A stretch of DNA of 41,291 bases. Origin: Eubacteriales bacterium (GTDB lineage Bacteria > Bacillota > Clostridia > Oscillospirales > CAG-272). The notes beneath the pieces are model-generated. The model did not search any database. It was not told the origin of the DNA and saw only the letters and a list, made by a program, of their open reading frames with translations. Below, one piece after another: positions 18,916-28,428 of this stretch. The translations under genes were made by a program, and so were the position numbers. Position 1 is the first letter of the stretch; each line of letters starts with the position of its first letter. The stretch is from the NCBI GenBank assembly GCA_045580585.1, contig JAZNOD010000053.1, positions 1 to 41,291 of the forward strand, given 5' to 3'.

Positions 18916-19623
18916 TTAGACCTTTCCGAAACGTCTCTTTCTTTTGTAAAATTCCTCAACTGCGAGATCTACCTCATCAGGACCCATATCGGGCCAAAGT
19001 GTATCCGTAAAATAAAACTCGGAATACGCGGACTGCCACATCAAAAAGTTTGAAAGCCGCATCTCCCCCGCCGTTCTGACAATTAGATCAGGATCCGGCG
19101 CACCGGCAGTATACAATGCGCGGCTGATATCCGCCTCGCTTATCTGCGTATATCCCTCTTTTATCAGTTGGTTGCAAGCGTGAACTATCTCTGCTCTGCC
19201 GCCGTAATTCAAGGCAACGTCAAGAAGAAGCCCTTTGTCCTTTGTCATTTCCTCAACGTATGCTATTTTCCTTTTCATCGTATCATCAAAAGGCGTCATA
19301 TCGCCCACAAAGCGTAAGCGCACATCATATTCATTCATATTTTCCGCGCATTCGTCGATGTATTTATCAAGAAGCTCGATTATCGAATCTATCTCACCTT
19401 GCGGTCTGCCCCAATTCTCCGTTGAAAAAGCGTATACGGTAACGTGCTTTATTCCTATCTTGCCGCAGTAATCGACCACCTTTCGAAACGCCTTCGCACC
19501 GTATTTGTGTCCGACGCTCCTTGGCATACCGCGTTTTTTAGCCCATCTTCCGTTGCCGTCCATAATAAAGGCAATGTGGCTGAGCCTTTCATCAACGGTT
19601 TTCACACTACTCTTACTGTTCAT
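18916..19623 (-). CDS. uppS: Undecaprenyl/isoprenyl diphosphate synthase
   Basis: HIAFIMDGNGRWA, YAFSTENW.RP, NYGGR, RTAGEMRLSNFL.WQ.AYSE. Confidence 0.96.
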   Translation of the reverse strand: MNSKSSVKTVDERLSHIAFIMDGNGRWAKKRGMPRSVGHKYGAKAFRKVVDYCGKIGIKHVTVYAFSTENWGRPQGEIDSIIELLDKYIDECAENMNEYDVRLRFVGDMTPFDDTMKRKIAYVEEMTKDKGLLLDVALNYGGRAEIVHACNQLIKEGYTQISEADISRALYTAGAPDPDLIVRTAGEMRLSNFLMWQSAYSEFYFTDTLWPDMGPDEVDLAVEEFYKRKRRFGKV

Positions 19624-19655
19624 AACAAAGCACTCCCCCTTGGGAAATATTGTGT

Positions 19656-19684
19656 ATCGGGGCAGGTGTGTGACCTGCCCCGAT
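19656..19684. other. Strong intergenic stem-loop between frr and uppS
   Basis: Perfect 12-bp stem ATCGGGGCAGGT-gtgtg-ACCTGCCCCGAT with no U-tract 3' of the stem on either strand. Confidence 0.75.
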
Positions 19685-19703
19685 CAAAAAATATTAGCTA
19701 CGG

Positions 19704-20258
19704 TCAGATGCTCATTATAGCCTTGGCCTTCTTGTCGGTGATGTCGTCCAAAAGTTTGATGTACTTATCTGTCATATCCTGAACAGACTTCTCGGATGCT
19801 TTCTGCTCATCCTCGGTCATCTCTCCATCCTTCTTAAGCTTCTTGCACTGCTCATTTGCATCGCGGCGAATGTTTCTGATAGCTACTTTAGCTTCCTCAC
19901 CACTCTTTTGTATCTGCTTTACGATCTCCTTACGGCGTTCCTCAGTGGGCTGGGGGAATACAAGGCGGATAACTCTGCCATCGTTGGCGGGAGTAATGCC
20001 AATGTCCGAGGCAAGTATTGCCTTTTCAATAGCCTTGAGAGTAGAGGGATCAAAAGGAGTGATGGTAACGGTCTTGGCGTCTGTTGCCTTAACGTCTGCC
20101 ATGGTGTTTACGGGAGTGGGGGCTCCGTAATACTCAAAATTGATCTTGTTTATAAGTGTGGGGTTTGCCTGACCTGCGCGGATGTTGGCAAGGTTAGCTT
20201 CGTAAGCGGCGATGGATTTTTGCATTTTTTCTTCGTAGGTCTTAACATCAAGTTTCAT
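19704..20258 (-). CDS. frr: Ribosome recycling factor
   Basis: IRAGQANP, YYGAPTP, TEERRKEIVK, KVAIRNIRRDAN. Confidence 0.97.
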   Translation of the reverse strand: MKLDVKTYEEKMQKSIAAYEANLANIRAGQANPTLINKINFEYYGAPTPVNTMADVKATDAKTVTITPFDPSTLKAIEKAILASDIGITPANDGRVIRLVFPQPTEERRKEIVKQIQKSGEEAKVAIRNIRRDANEQCKKLKKDGEMTEDEQKASEKSVQDMTDKYIKLLDDITDKKAKAIMSI

Positions 20259-20296
20259 AACTGTATCCTCCGTAAAGTTGTATTTTAATTTAAATT

Positions 20297-21001
20297 TTAT
20301 TTTGTGATCGCCGTGCCGCGGCTCTCGCCGCTGATAGCGCGCAGTATATCGTCGGTATCCTCAAGCTTAAAGGCAAAAGCATCAGGACCAAACTCGGCTC
20401 CCATTGCGGAAGCGGTAAGGTCTATTCCCTTGAGGTTCATTCGCATCATCTCGCTGTATGAAACACTTTCAAGGAAGTTAGCCGCACCAAGCCTCGGATC
20501 GCTGTCGTAAATACCATCGATGTTTTTAGCAAGCAGGAACACATCCGCCTTTATCTCAATAGCGCGAAGAATACCCGCTGTATCAGTCGAGAAATAGGGA
20601 CTTCCCGTTCCGCCCGCGAAAATAACTATTTTACCGTCAGAAAGTGCTTCGTTTGCTCTGTCTGTGGTGTAATGCTCCGCATATGGCTCCATCACGGTAG
20701 AAGTCAGTACAAGAGCTTTTCCGCCCGCGCGGATTATCGCATCCTTGGCAGCGAGGGAGTTTATAACGGTAGCGAGCATTCCCATGCGGTCAGCGGTAAC
20801 TCTGTCCATATCACCGCCGCTTCTTCCGCGCCAGATATTTCCCGCACCGAAGATAACAGCTACCTCGACACCTGATTCAACCGCCTCAATAAGAGTTTTG
20901 GCAATACGGTCAAGAAAATCAAAATCAATTATACCATTTTTGCCGGAAATCGCCTCACCCGAAAGCTTCAGCAAAATTCTTTTATATTTACTCTTTATCA
21001 T
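20297..21001 (-). CDS. pyrH: UMP kinase
   Basis: KRILLKLSGEA, GNIWRG, DRMGMLATVINS, PYFSTDT; lies between tsf and frr. Confidence 0.95.
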   Translation of the reverse strand: MIKSKYKRILLKLSGEAISGKNGIIDFDFLDRIAKTLIEAVESGVEVAVIFGAGNIWRGRSGGDMDRVTADRMGMLATVINSLAAKDAIIRAGGKALVLTSTVMEPYAEHYTTDRANEALSDGKIVIFAGGTGSPYFSTDTAGILRAIEIKADVFLLAKNIDGIYDSDPRLGAANFLESVSYSEMMRMNLKGIDLTASAMGAEFGPDAFAFKLEDTDDILRAISGESRGTAITK

Positions 21002-21034
21002 AGTCCATTCCTTTCGTATTATATTACTCTATAT

Positions 21035-21063
21035 ATTTTATAATATTTTAAGCGATTTGTAAA
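21035..21063 (-). promoter_or_regulatory. Putative sigma-A promoter for the pyrH-frr operon
   Basis: Minus strand reads TTTACA-N17-TAAAAT, located after the tsf terminator. Confidence 0.55.
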
Positions 21064-21095
21064 CACTAATTTTAAATTTTTGCCGATTTTTGTAT

Positions 21096-21134
21096 AAAAA
21101 ATCGCCGCCAAAGCAATTTTTTTGCTCCGGCGGC
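21096..21134 (-). terminator. Intrinsic terminator after tsf
   Basis: Minus-strand GCCGCCGGAGCAA-loop-TTGCTTTGGCGGC (two G-U pairs) followed by gaTTTTTT. Confidence 0.8.
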
Positions 21135-21144
21135 TATATTTTTA

Positions 21145-22065
21145 TTATTTGCTGGTGAGTTTAGCAATCTCTTCTGCGAAATTGTCCTCTCTCTTTTCGA
21201 TGCCTTCACCCTTTTCATAGAGAACGAAGTCAACAACCTTAACGGATGCGCCGAGTTCCTTGGATGCTACGTCGATGTACTTGCCAACGGAAAGATCGTC
21301 GTCAAGAATGTAGGACTGATCGAGCAGACATGCTGCCTCGTAGAACTTGCCCATTCTGCCGAGAACTATCTTCTCAAGAATGTTGTCAGGCTTGCCTGCA
21401 TTCTTAGGATCGTTCTTAAGAGCTGCAACCTGAATGTTCTTCTCTTCCTCGAGAACTGCTGCGGGAACATCCTCACGGCTTACGTAGGTAGGAGGGCTTC
21501 CTGCTGCTATCTGAAGAGCGATGTTCTTGGAGAGCTTTGCGAAAGCATCAGATGTGGTATCAGCGTCGGTCTCAAAACGAACGATAACGCCTGCTACACC
21601 ATTTCCGTGTACGTAGGTGCTGGTGATACCCTCTTTGATAACAAAGCGGCGGATGCTGATCTTTTCACCGATGGTGAAGATCATTTCCTTAAGCTTTGCA
21701 TCAACGGTAACACCGCCGCAATCAGCGGCGAGAAGCTCGTCAATGTTAGAGGGCTTGCAGGCAACGATAACCTCGAGAAGAGTGTTAACGAATGCACGGA
21801 AGGTCTCGTTCTTTGCAACGAAGTCAGTCTCGGAGTTAACCTCGATCATAGCGGTAGTAGTACCGTTCTTAAGGATAGCAACAACGCCGTCAGCGGCAAT
21901 TCTGCCTTCCTTCTTAGCGGCAACTGCGAGTCCTCTTTCGCGGAGGATCTTCAGAGCCTTATCCATATCGCCTTCAGCTTCAACAAGTGCCTTCTTGCAC
22001 TCCATCATGCCGATACCGGTCTTTGCGCGAAGGGCAGCAACGTCTTTTGCGGTAATATTAGCCAT
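21145..22065 (-). CDS. tsf: Translation elongation factor Ts
   Basis: LRAKTGIGMMECKKAL, EVNSETDFVAKN, GKPDNILEKIV.G. Confidence 0.98.
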   Translation of the reverse strand: MANITAKDVAALRAKTGIGMMECKKALVEAEGDMDKALKILRERGLAVAAKKEGRIAADGVVAILKNGTTTAMIEVNSETDFVAKNETFRAFVNTLLEVIVACKPSNIDELLAADCGGVTVDAKLKEMIFTIGEKISIRRFVIKEGITSTYVHGNGVAGVIVRFETDADTTSDAFAKLSKNIALQIAAGSPPTYVSREDVPAAVLEEEKNIQVAALKNDPKNAGKPDNILEKIVLGRMGKFYEAACLLDQSYILDDDLSVGKYIDVASKELGASVKVVDFVLYEKGEGIEKREDNFAEEIAKLTSK

Positions 22066-22092
22066 TTTATTTCTCCTGTGAATTTATTTTAA

Positions 22093-22833
22093 TTACTCTG
22101 CGTCAGCCTCAGCAGCCTCTACTTCTTCCTCTGCCTCGGGAGCGGTCTGCTCACCCTGGTTACCCTCGATAACAGCGTCAGCGAGAACGTGGGAGATGAG
22201 CTTGATAGCGCGAATAGCGTCATCGTTACCGGGAATGATGTAATCAGCATCATCGGGATCGCAGTTGGTATCAACGATAGCAACAACGGGGATACCGAGC
22301 TTTTTAGCTTCCTTAACGGCATTAGCTTCCTTCTTGGGGTCAACGATGAAAACAGCAGCGGGGAGTTCGGTCATGGTTCTGATACCGCCATAGTTCTTCT
22401 CAAGGTCGAGCATTTCCTTCTGGCGTGCAGCGGCTTCCTTCTTGGGAAGCATATCGAACGTGCCGTCCTCGCTCATCTTAGCAAGGCTGTTAAGACGGCT
22501 GATGGATCTCTTGATGGTCTTGAAGTTGGTCATCATTCCGCCGGGCCAACGTACGTTAACGTAGTACATGCCGCATCTCTCTGCCTCTTCCTTGATGGCA
22601 TCGGCAGCCTGCTTCTTAGTACCTACAAAAAGAACGTTCTTGCCGGAAGCTGCTACGTCACGAATGAACATATAAGCCTCTTCAAACTTCTTAACGGTCT
22701 TCTGAAGGTCGATGATGTAGATACCGTTTCTCTCGGTGTAGATGTACTCCTGCATTTTAGGGTTCCATCTTCTGGTGTGGTGTCCGAAATGGACGCCTGC
22801 TTCAAGCAGCTGCTTGATGGTGATAACTGACAT
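22093..22833 (-). CDS. rpsB: 30S ribosomal protein S2
   Basis: [48 protein letters not shown]. Start is ATG 22833 after AAGGAGG. Confidence 0.98.
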   Translation of the reverse strand: MSVITIKQLLEAGVHFGHHTRRWNPKMQEYIYTERNGIYIIDLQKTVKKFEEAYMFIRDVAASGKNVLFVGTKKQAADAIKEEAERCGMYYVNVRWPGGMMTNFKTIKRSISRLNSLAKMSEDGTFDMLPKKEAAARQKEMLDLEKNYGGIRTMTELPAAVFIVDPKKEANAVKEAKKLGIPVVAIVDTNCDPDDADYIIPGNDDAIRAIKLISHVLADAVIEGNQGEQTAPEAEEEVEAAEADAE

Positions 22834-22935
22834 TTTAATGTCCTCCTTTTTGGTTTTTCCACCACGGTAAAAAAGGGACCGACCTGCCACTCGGCAGGCA
22901 CCGTGACCCCTGCGGTCACCGTGTGTGTTTTTTAT
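22834..22935 (-). ncRNA. rpsB 5' leader (S2 autoregulatory RNA, t44-like)
   Basis: Minus strand has ACACACGG...outer stem...CCGTGGTGGAAAAACCAAAAAGGAGG, with an inner hairpin CCTGCC-gagt-GGCAGG preceded by GGTG. This resembles the general layout of bacterial rpsB leaders. Confidence 0.7.
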
Positions 22936-22972
22936 TGCGCCGTCCACCATTAAGTCCGACGCAAACATTGGG

Positions 22973-23001
22973 ATTATACCACAATATTTACAATATTGCA
23001 A
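22973..23001 (-). promoter_or_regulatory. Sigma-A promoter of rpsB-tsf (extended -10)
   Basis: TTGCAA-N17-TATAAT with a TGn extension (TGGTATAAT). Confidence 0.8.
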
Positions 23002-23028
23002 GACGTTTTTTGTGTGTTAATAAAAAAT

Positions 23029-23334
23029 TTACATTTTAAAGAAGCCGTCATTGTCTCCCGCTCGCTTTTTTCCCTCGGAAATCGCGCAAAGCTCCCCCTC
23101 GGGCACTCTTACAAGCACAGCATCTTCACCGATGCATTCGATCCTACACCACGGGATAACGTATATGGAATCTTTGCCAAAGCTGAAAAGTCCGCGCTCC
23201 TTCCCAACAAGTAAGGCGCATATCTTCCCGTCGCAAGCATCAAATTCAATATCGCACACGCTGCCAAGCACAGTGCCTCCGCAAAGATTTATTACGTCCT
23301 TTTCCCTAAGGCACGCCGTGTTCATCCTCTTCAC
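23029..23334 (-). CDS. YlmC/YmxH-family sporulation protein (PRC barrel)
   Basis: LREKDVINL..G..LG.V.DIEFD..DGKI.AL.V and IPW..IE.IGEDAVLV. GTG start at 23334 follows GGAGGTGA; alternative ATG at 23325. Confidence 0.88.
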   Translation of the reverse strand: MKRMNTACLREKDVINLCGGTVLGSVCDIEFDACDGKICALLVGKERGLFSFGKDSIYVIPWCRIECIGEDAVLVRVPEGELCAISEGKKRAGDNDGFFKM

Positions 23335-23352
23335 TCTATCACCTCCGTAAAA

Positions 23353-23382
23353 ATTATATGGCGGTGATACGGATATTAGGAT
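23353..23382 (-). promoter_or_regulatory. Possible sporulation sigma-E-type promoter for the ylmC-like gene
   Basis: Minus-strand CATATAAT (23353-23360) resembles the sigE -10 element, with an ATA-containing element upstream; the -35 match is weak. Confidence 0.4.
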
Positions 23383-26057
23383 CGATCCTTGATAAAGCCC
23401 GAGCTTATCGCTCCGTTTATCAGCTTTTGGACAAATAGCAGGACTGCAGTAGTAAGGATCACACTCACAGGCACGCAAAGCATAACGAGCTTGTGCGCCG
23501 AAGCCAAGCCAAAAAACATCGACAGGGGTGCCGCTATCGCGGATGGAATTGCGAAATAAGCAATAGTATAAGGGAGAATGCACACAAGTGCGGTTACAAC
23601 GGTATACGCTGCAAACGGAACACCAAAAATCTTGGCGTGAGATTTATAAAGAGAAACACCAAGAACAGAGAGCTGGACAAAGCAAACGGTCGGTAAAGCA
23701 TAAGAAGCGTAGGATTGCGCACACAAGACTCCATTTGCGGCAAAAAGCATACCTATACCACTCGCCGCCGCACCGACAAAAATACCCGTGCAAACCGAGA
23801 GCAAACGTGATATCCTATCACTATTTTCATTCGTTTTAGGCGAGAAAAAATTCGGTGTCTGCGCATTTGTTGATTTGGCAAGAACACACACTGCGGCGAT
23901 ATCGCCAAACAGTCCTGTCAGCAAGATCAACGGGACACGAGGAACCGCTATCGGCGCCCCAGAGACTACGGGCATCAGGGCAAACACTGCCCTGAACGCG
24001 GCGCAAGTGATAAAATATTCTCCGCAAGCTTTTAGCCTTGCTTTGGCATTTCTTGCGGCATTTACAATGGCAAAAAACATTCCAAAGCCGCTTTTTTTAT
24101 CATTGCGGTCTGCGGCTCTTATGGCGGCAGACGCGGAAAGCCGTGCTGAGTCAGGAGACTCGCCATCGATAGAGACTGCAGGAGTATTCGGCACAACGTC
24201 GCGCAGATCAAAGGAATCGAGCACGATTGCCGAAAGCTTTGCACCTTTTTCGGCAAGTATACGGGATATCTCCGCTGTGCCTTTTTTGCCAAATCCGACA
24301 AAAACCGAGCATGAAGCAACAAGCTGCTCCATATCCGCGCCATCGGGATAATAGCTCGCTATAGCAATACCGCCGTCGGAAAGCGAAGAATCTGATATTC
24401 CGCATGATTGGGCTGCAAAAACGCTTTCCTCGTTTTCCTCCGTCATAATGAAGACGGGGCGTATCCCTATACTTCTGAGCGATGTAACAGATGCTTTATT
24501 GTGCTCGGGAACAGCAATTCCTGTGGCAATGACGCCCTCAAGTACCATTCCCTCGGATGAGGATACTGTTGATGTGATAACGTAAGGGGACAAACCAAGA
24601 CTGCGATACTCATTGAACGCCGCCACCGCCTTCAACGCTGTGGGCTGATCCATCGGCTTGATATCTCCCTTTGATGAACGGTATTTACGGCAATTGCGTA
24701 TCAGTGCCGCGTTCTGCGCACAAGAAATTATTTCTTTGCTGACGGGCGCAGTCTTTTCATCGATAACTATAGCGGAAAAAGCACCTACTGAAGGAAAATC
24801 CAGACGAGGCGTAGAGCTTTTTCCCTCGCTGATATTCCATCTTCTGTTTATCCCCATGCTTTTTACATAAGCTGAAAAAGCATCTCCATCCGCAATTGGT
24901 GAATTTGCTCTTAAAAGTTCAGCGGCGGCAATCAATTTATCAAGCTTCTCGGCAAGCGGCTTCAACGAACCCGATGTCAAAGAACCTCTTTTGTCAGCGC
25001 CATTCCAAAAGATGCGGCGAATATATCTATCTGTATCGAGAACTGCAGATTCACATAGTATAAGTAACGTATCAGTATCTGCGAGCGCATCGGATTTTGA
25101 GGCGATAGCAATACGCGCCCCATCCTCTATCTCGGACAGGCTGCCCAAAACTATGCTTTCTGCAGCAGAAGCGGAGATCTCACTGAATGATGTAAGCGAT
25201 AGCGCGACAGCAAGAAAAAACACACTGACTATGCCAAGTCCGTCCAGCGGCTGACAAACTGTGCCGATCATGGTAACCGGTAATACCGCTATAAGCATCG
25301 CGGTAGCAAAGGTGCGCCCACTTTTCGAAAAAGTAATAGCCGACGGCGGCATAGGCTCGGCCGACGTAAGTGATATTTCAGAATCGACCATGGCAACACG
25401 GGTATCCTTGCCAATAGCAACTACTAAAGCCTTGCATTTTCCCGAGACAACGGCAGAGCCTGCATATATCATATTATCATAGCTTTCGCGTTCATCAGCT
25501 TCGCTATATACGGCGTTGGCGTTTTTCTCTGCCACTCGTGCACGTCTTTTTGCCGTAGTCACATCGGTAAAATACTCCACGACCTTAAGGCGGGATGAAC
25601 GAATGAGTCGGCAGTCCGCGGGAACAACGTCGCCACGCAAAAGAATGATAACATCGCCAACAGCAATATCACGGCAATCAGCATCCTTAACGTTGCCCTC
25701 TGATAACAAATTTACCGTTGGAAGCATTTTCTCTGCAAGATGAAATAGCTTTAGGCGAGATGAGAATTTTATGCGCCCCGCAATGATACATGCCGCAAAA
25801 AGCAATCCAAGCGCTACCGCGGACTCGCACAATTCCCCCACGAGCATAGAGACAACAGCGGTGATAAAAAATATCATCACCGCCGCATCGGTCATCGTTG
25901 ACATAACGCATTCGCGAACATCCGCGCGCGGTAAAAGAAAGACTGACTCTCTGCGCTTGCGCGGCGGTTGTTTTTTCTCTGCGGTGCGTCCCAGCGAAAT
26001 ATCTGTATTCAGTTTTCGTGCCGCCTCCTCGGCGGTAAAACGCTGCCAAGACTCCAT
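23376..26057 (-). CDS. Degenerate P2-type (Ca2+-pump-like) ATPase homologue, predicted catalytically inactive
   Basis: Scaffold retained (W..FT.EEA..KL.TD..LG, GDVIILLRGDVVPADCRL, NMIYAGS.VVSG...ALVVAIG.DT, multiple hydrophobic helices), but no TGES, PEGL, DKTGT, DPPR, TGD or GDGxND. Confidence 0.8.
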   Translation of the reverse strand: MESWQRFTAEEAARKLNTDISLGRTAEKKQPPRKRRESVFLLPRADVRECVMSTMTDAAVMIFFITAVVSMLVGELCESAVALGLLFAACIIAGRIKFSSRLKLFHLAEKMLPTVNLLSEGNVKDADCRDIAVGDVIILLRGDVVPADCRLIRSSRLKVVEYFTDVTTAKRRARVAEKNANAVYSEADERESYDNMIYAGSAVVSGKCKALVVAIGKDTRVAMVDSEISLTSAEPMPPSAITFSKSGRTFATAMLIAVLPVTMIGTVCQPLDGLGIVSVFFLAVALSLTSFSEISASAAESIVLGSLSEIEDGARIAIASKSDALADTDTLLILCESAVLDTDRYIRRIFWNGADKRGSLTSGSLKPLAEKLDKLIAAAELLRANSPIADGDAFSAYVKSMGINRRWNISEGKSSTPRLDFPSVGAFSAIVIDEKTAPVSKEIISCAQNAALIRNCRKYRSSKGDIKPMDQPTALKAVAAFNEYRSLGLSPYVITSTVSSSEGMVLEGVIATGIAVPEHNKASVTSLRSIGIRPVFIMTEENEESVFAAQSCGISDSSLSDGGIAIASYYPDGADMEQLVASCSVFVGFGKKGTAEISRILAEKGAKLSAIVLDSFDLRDVVPNTPAVSIDGESPDSARLSASAAIRAADRNDKKSGFGMFFAIVNAARNAKARLKACGEYFITCAAFRAVFALMPVVSGAPIAVPRVPLILLTGLFGDIAAVCVLAKSTNAQTPNFFSPKTNENSDRISRLLSVCTGIFVGAAASGIGMLFAANGVLCAQSYASYALPTVCFVQLSVLGVSLYKSHAKIFGVPFAAYTVVTALVCILPYTIAYFAIPSAIAAPLSMFFGLASAHKLVMLCVPVSVILTTAVLLFVQKLINGAISSGFIKDRS

Positions 26058-26073
26058 TTTGATTCCTTAAAAT

Positions 26074-28389
26074 TTAATTACATTCTACTTTTATTGTTCC
26101 TTCGGAAACAGACACCTTAACATTGGTTATCCGCTTACCGTAACCCGAAACGATCTCGTTTGCGATCTTATCCTCGATCTCACGGCTGATAAATCGGCGC
26201 ATATTGCGCGCTCCGTACTTGACTGAATAAGAGCTCTCCGCCACAAGCTCCGCAGCGGGGCGCGTGAATGTCATTTCTATGCCCTTATCTCTCAAAACAC
26301 CGACAAGGTCCGAGAGCATGATGGCAGCGATCTCAGTAAAGTTTTCACGGGATAGCGCATTGAATGTTATGACCTCGTCAACGCGGTTTACAAATTCGGG
26401 GCGCAAAAATGAAAGCAACGCCTTTTCGGTCTTGTTCTTCTCCGCTTCCTTGGCAGACGCGGTAAAGCCAAGTGCGGCGGCGGAAGTTGTCGAACCGGCG
26501 TTTGTTGTCATAACTATAACGGTGTTTTCAAAGTTCACGGTTCGTCCCTGAGCATCAGTTATTCTGCCGTCGTCAAGTATCTGGAGCAGGATGTTCAGTA
26601 CGTCGGGGTGGGCTTTTTCTATTTCATCGAACAAAACCACGGAATAAGGTCTGCGCCTGATCTTTTCGGTAAGCTGACCTGCCTCATCGTAGCCGACATA
26701 TCCCGGGGGCGAGCCGATGAGCCTTGATACCGTATGCTTTTCCATAAACTCTGACATATCAAAGCGAATGAGCGTTTCGGGAGTGCTGAAAAGGTCAGCC
26801 GCAAGCACCTTTACAAGCTCGGTCTTACCTACACCCGTAGGTCCTGCAAAAATAAACGAAACAGGCTTTCTCTTATAGGAAATGCCGGCGCGACTGCGCT
26901 TGATGGCGCGGCTGACGGCGTCTACCGCCTCATCCTGTCCAACGATGCGCGCCTTTAGCCTTTCGTCAAGACGGTTTATTCTTTCAAACTCATTTTCTTT
27001 AATAGAAGTAGCGGGAATTCCCGTCCATATCTCTATAACGCCCGCGAGGTTTTCAAGAGTCATTACGACCTTGTTGCTATCGGATTCAAGCAAAGCAAGA
27101 CGGTCGGAAAGCGAAAGCTCCTTTGAACGAAGTGTCGCTATTATCTCATATTTTTTATTTTCGTTATTATCGATCTCTGCCTCTGCTTCCTCGCGCTGTT
27201 TTTTCAGTTTGAGAAGCTCGGCGCGAATCTCATAGGATTCGTTAATAACAGCACTTGAAAGAGAAAGCTGTGAAGCGGCCTCGTCAAGCAGGTCTATCGC
27301 TTTGTCGGGAAGATATCTGTCGGTGATATAACGCTCGGAAAGCGTAACAGTACGGCGAAGCACGTCGTCGGGAACACTGATACGGTGATATTCCTCATAG
27401 TAATGCTTAATTCCGCGAAGCATGTCTACTGCTTCCTCAACGGACGGTTCATTTATCATAACAGGCTGGAAACGGCGTTCAAGTGCAGAATCCTTCTCAA
27501 TATACTTTCGGTACTCCTTGAGTGTAGTTGCGCCAACCACTCTTATTTCTCCGCGAGAAAGCGCAGGTTTCAGAATATTGGCGGCGTTTATGCTGCCCTC
27601 GGCATCGCCCGCGCCTACGATATTATGCACCTCATCGATAACGAGAATAATATTACCTGCCGCTTTTACCTCGTTGATTAGAGTGAGCATTCTTTGTTCA
27701 AACTGACCTCTGAACTGAGTACCCGCAACAATGGCGGTAAGATCGACGAGATAAAGTTCCATTCCTTTGAGACGATAGGGAACGTCGCCTGCCGCTATTC
27801 TTTGTGCCAGAGCCTCAGCCACGGCGGTCTTACCGACACCGGGCTCGCCTATTAGGCAGGGGTTATTCTTCTGGCGGCGGCAAAGTATCTGGATAACTCG
27901 GGCAAGCTCGTTCTTTCTGCCCACGATGCGGTCAAGCCCGCCGCGACGGGCGATCTCCGTGAGGTTCTTGCAGTACTTATCAAGAAATTCCCTGCCCGTT
28001 TTGCCGTCCTTTTCCCTTTTGCTATTTTTCTTTTCCTTATCCTTTTTTTCAGGATCTTTTTTCTCCTCGAGCGAACCAAAGGCAGACGAAAACAGCTTTT
28101 GCATATCGATAGATGTGGCTCCGCCATCGTCACCGAGGACGGGAGCTTCATCATCAGAGAGCAGTCCCTCGATATTGTCCGAATACTCGGTAACGTTATC
28201 CTCCAGCTCCTCCATCTGCTCGGGAGTAAGCCCCATTTTTTTAAGGTGATCCCCCATCATATCCTCAATGGGAAGCCCCAACTCTCGGGCGCAGTGCATA
28301 CAAAGACCTTCCGTCTTTTTTTCTCCGCCCTCCATTTTTGTCACGAAAATCATCGCAAGACGTTTCTTGCACCTTGAACATTTGATCAT
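26074..28389 (-). CDS. ATP-dependent Clp protease ATPase subunit with N-terminal C4 zinc finger (ClpC/ClpE-like)
   Basis: CSRC...CMHC N-terminus; NBD1 GEPGVGKT and IDEVH; NBD2 GPTGVGKT and FDEIEKAH; ClpP-docking-like ALGF loop. Confidence 0.93.
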   Translation of the reverse strand: MIKCSRCKKRLAMIFVTKMEGGEKKTEGLCMHCARELGLPIEDMMGDHLKKMGLTPEQMEELEDNVTEYSDNIEGLLSDDEAPVLGDDGGATSIDMQKLFSSAFGSLEEKKDPEKKDKEKKNSKREKDGKTGREFLDKYCKNLTEIARRGGLDRIVGRKNELARVIQILCRRQKNNPCLIGEPGVGKTAVAEALAQRIAAGDVPYRLKGMELYLVDLTAIVAGTQFRGQFEQRMLTLINEVKAAGNIILVIDEVHNIVGAGDAEGSINAANILKPALSRGEIRVVGATTLKEYRKYIEKDSALERRFQPVMINEPSVEEAVDMLRGIKHYYEEYHRISVPDDVLRRTVTLSERYITDRYLPDKAIDLLDEAASQLSLSSAVINESYEIRAELLKLKKQREEAEAEIDNNENKKYEIIATLRSKELSLSDRLALLESDSNKVVMTLENLAGVIEIWTGIPATSIKENEFERINRLDERLKARIVGQDEAVDAVSRAIKRSRAGISYKRKPVSFIFAGPTGVGKTELVKVLAADLFSTPETLIRFDMSEFMEKHTVSRLIGSPPGYVGYDEAGQLTEKIRRRPYSVVLFDEIEKAHPDVLNILLQILDDGRITDAQGRTVNFENTVIVMTTNAGSTTSAAALGFTASAKEAEKNKTEKALLSFLRPEFVNRVDEVITFNALSRENFTEIAAIMLSDLVGVLRDKGIEMTFTRPAAELVAESSYSVKYGARNMRRFISREIEDKIANEIVSGYGKRITNVKVSVSEGTIKVECN

Positions 28390-28428
28390 TACTTAAAACA
28401 CTTTCCTTTCCCGCTTGGGATCAAATCA

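Noticed and set aside
14772-22833. Clustering of rpsB-tsf-pyrH-frr-uppS-cdsA-dxr-rseP-ispG-polC
   Set aside because: A widely conserved gene order in Bacillota; not novel.
22981-22998. ACAATATT tandem repeat/palindrome in the rpsB promoter spacer
   Set aside because: Short and AT-rich, so plausible by chance; no supporting second site.
22834-23001. 56-aa N-terminal extension of RpsB in the ORF track
   Set aside because: The TTG 'start' is the promoter -35 box and the extension runs through the leader RNA. The true ATG with AAGGAGG is at 22833.
23335-23583. N-terminal extension of the YlmC-like ORF overlapping the pseudo-ATPase
   Set aside because: Homology and the strong RBS begin near 23334; the extension is an alternative frame of the upstream gene.
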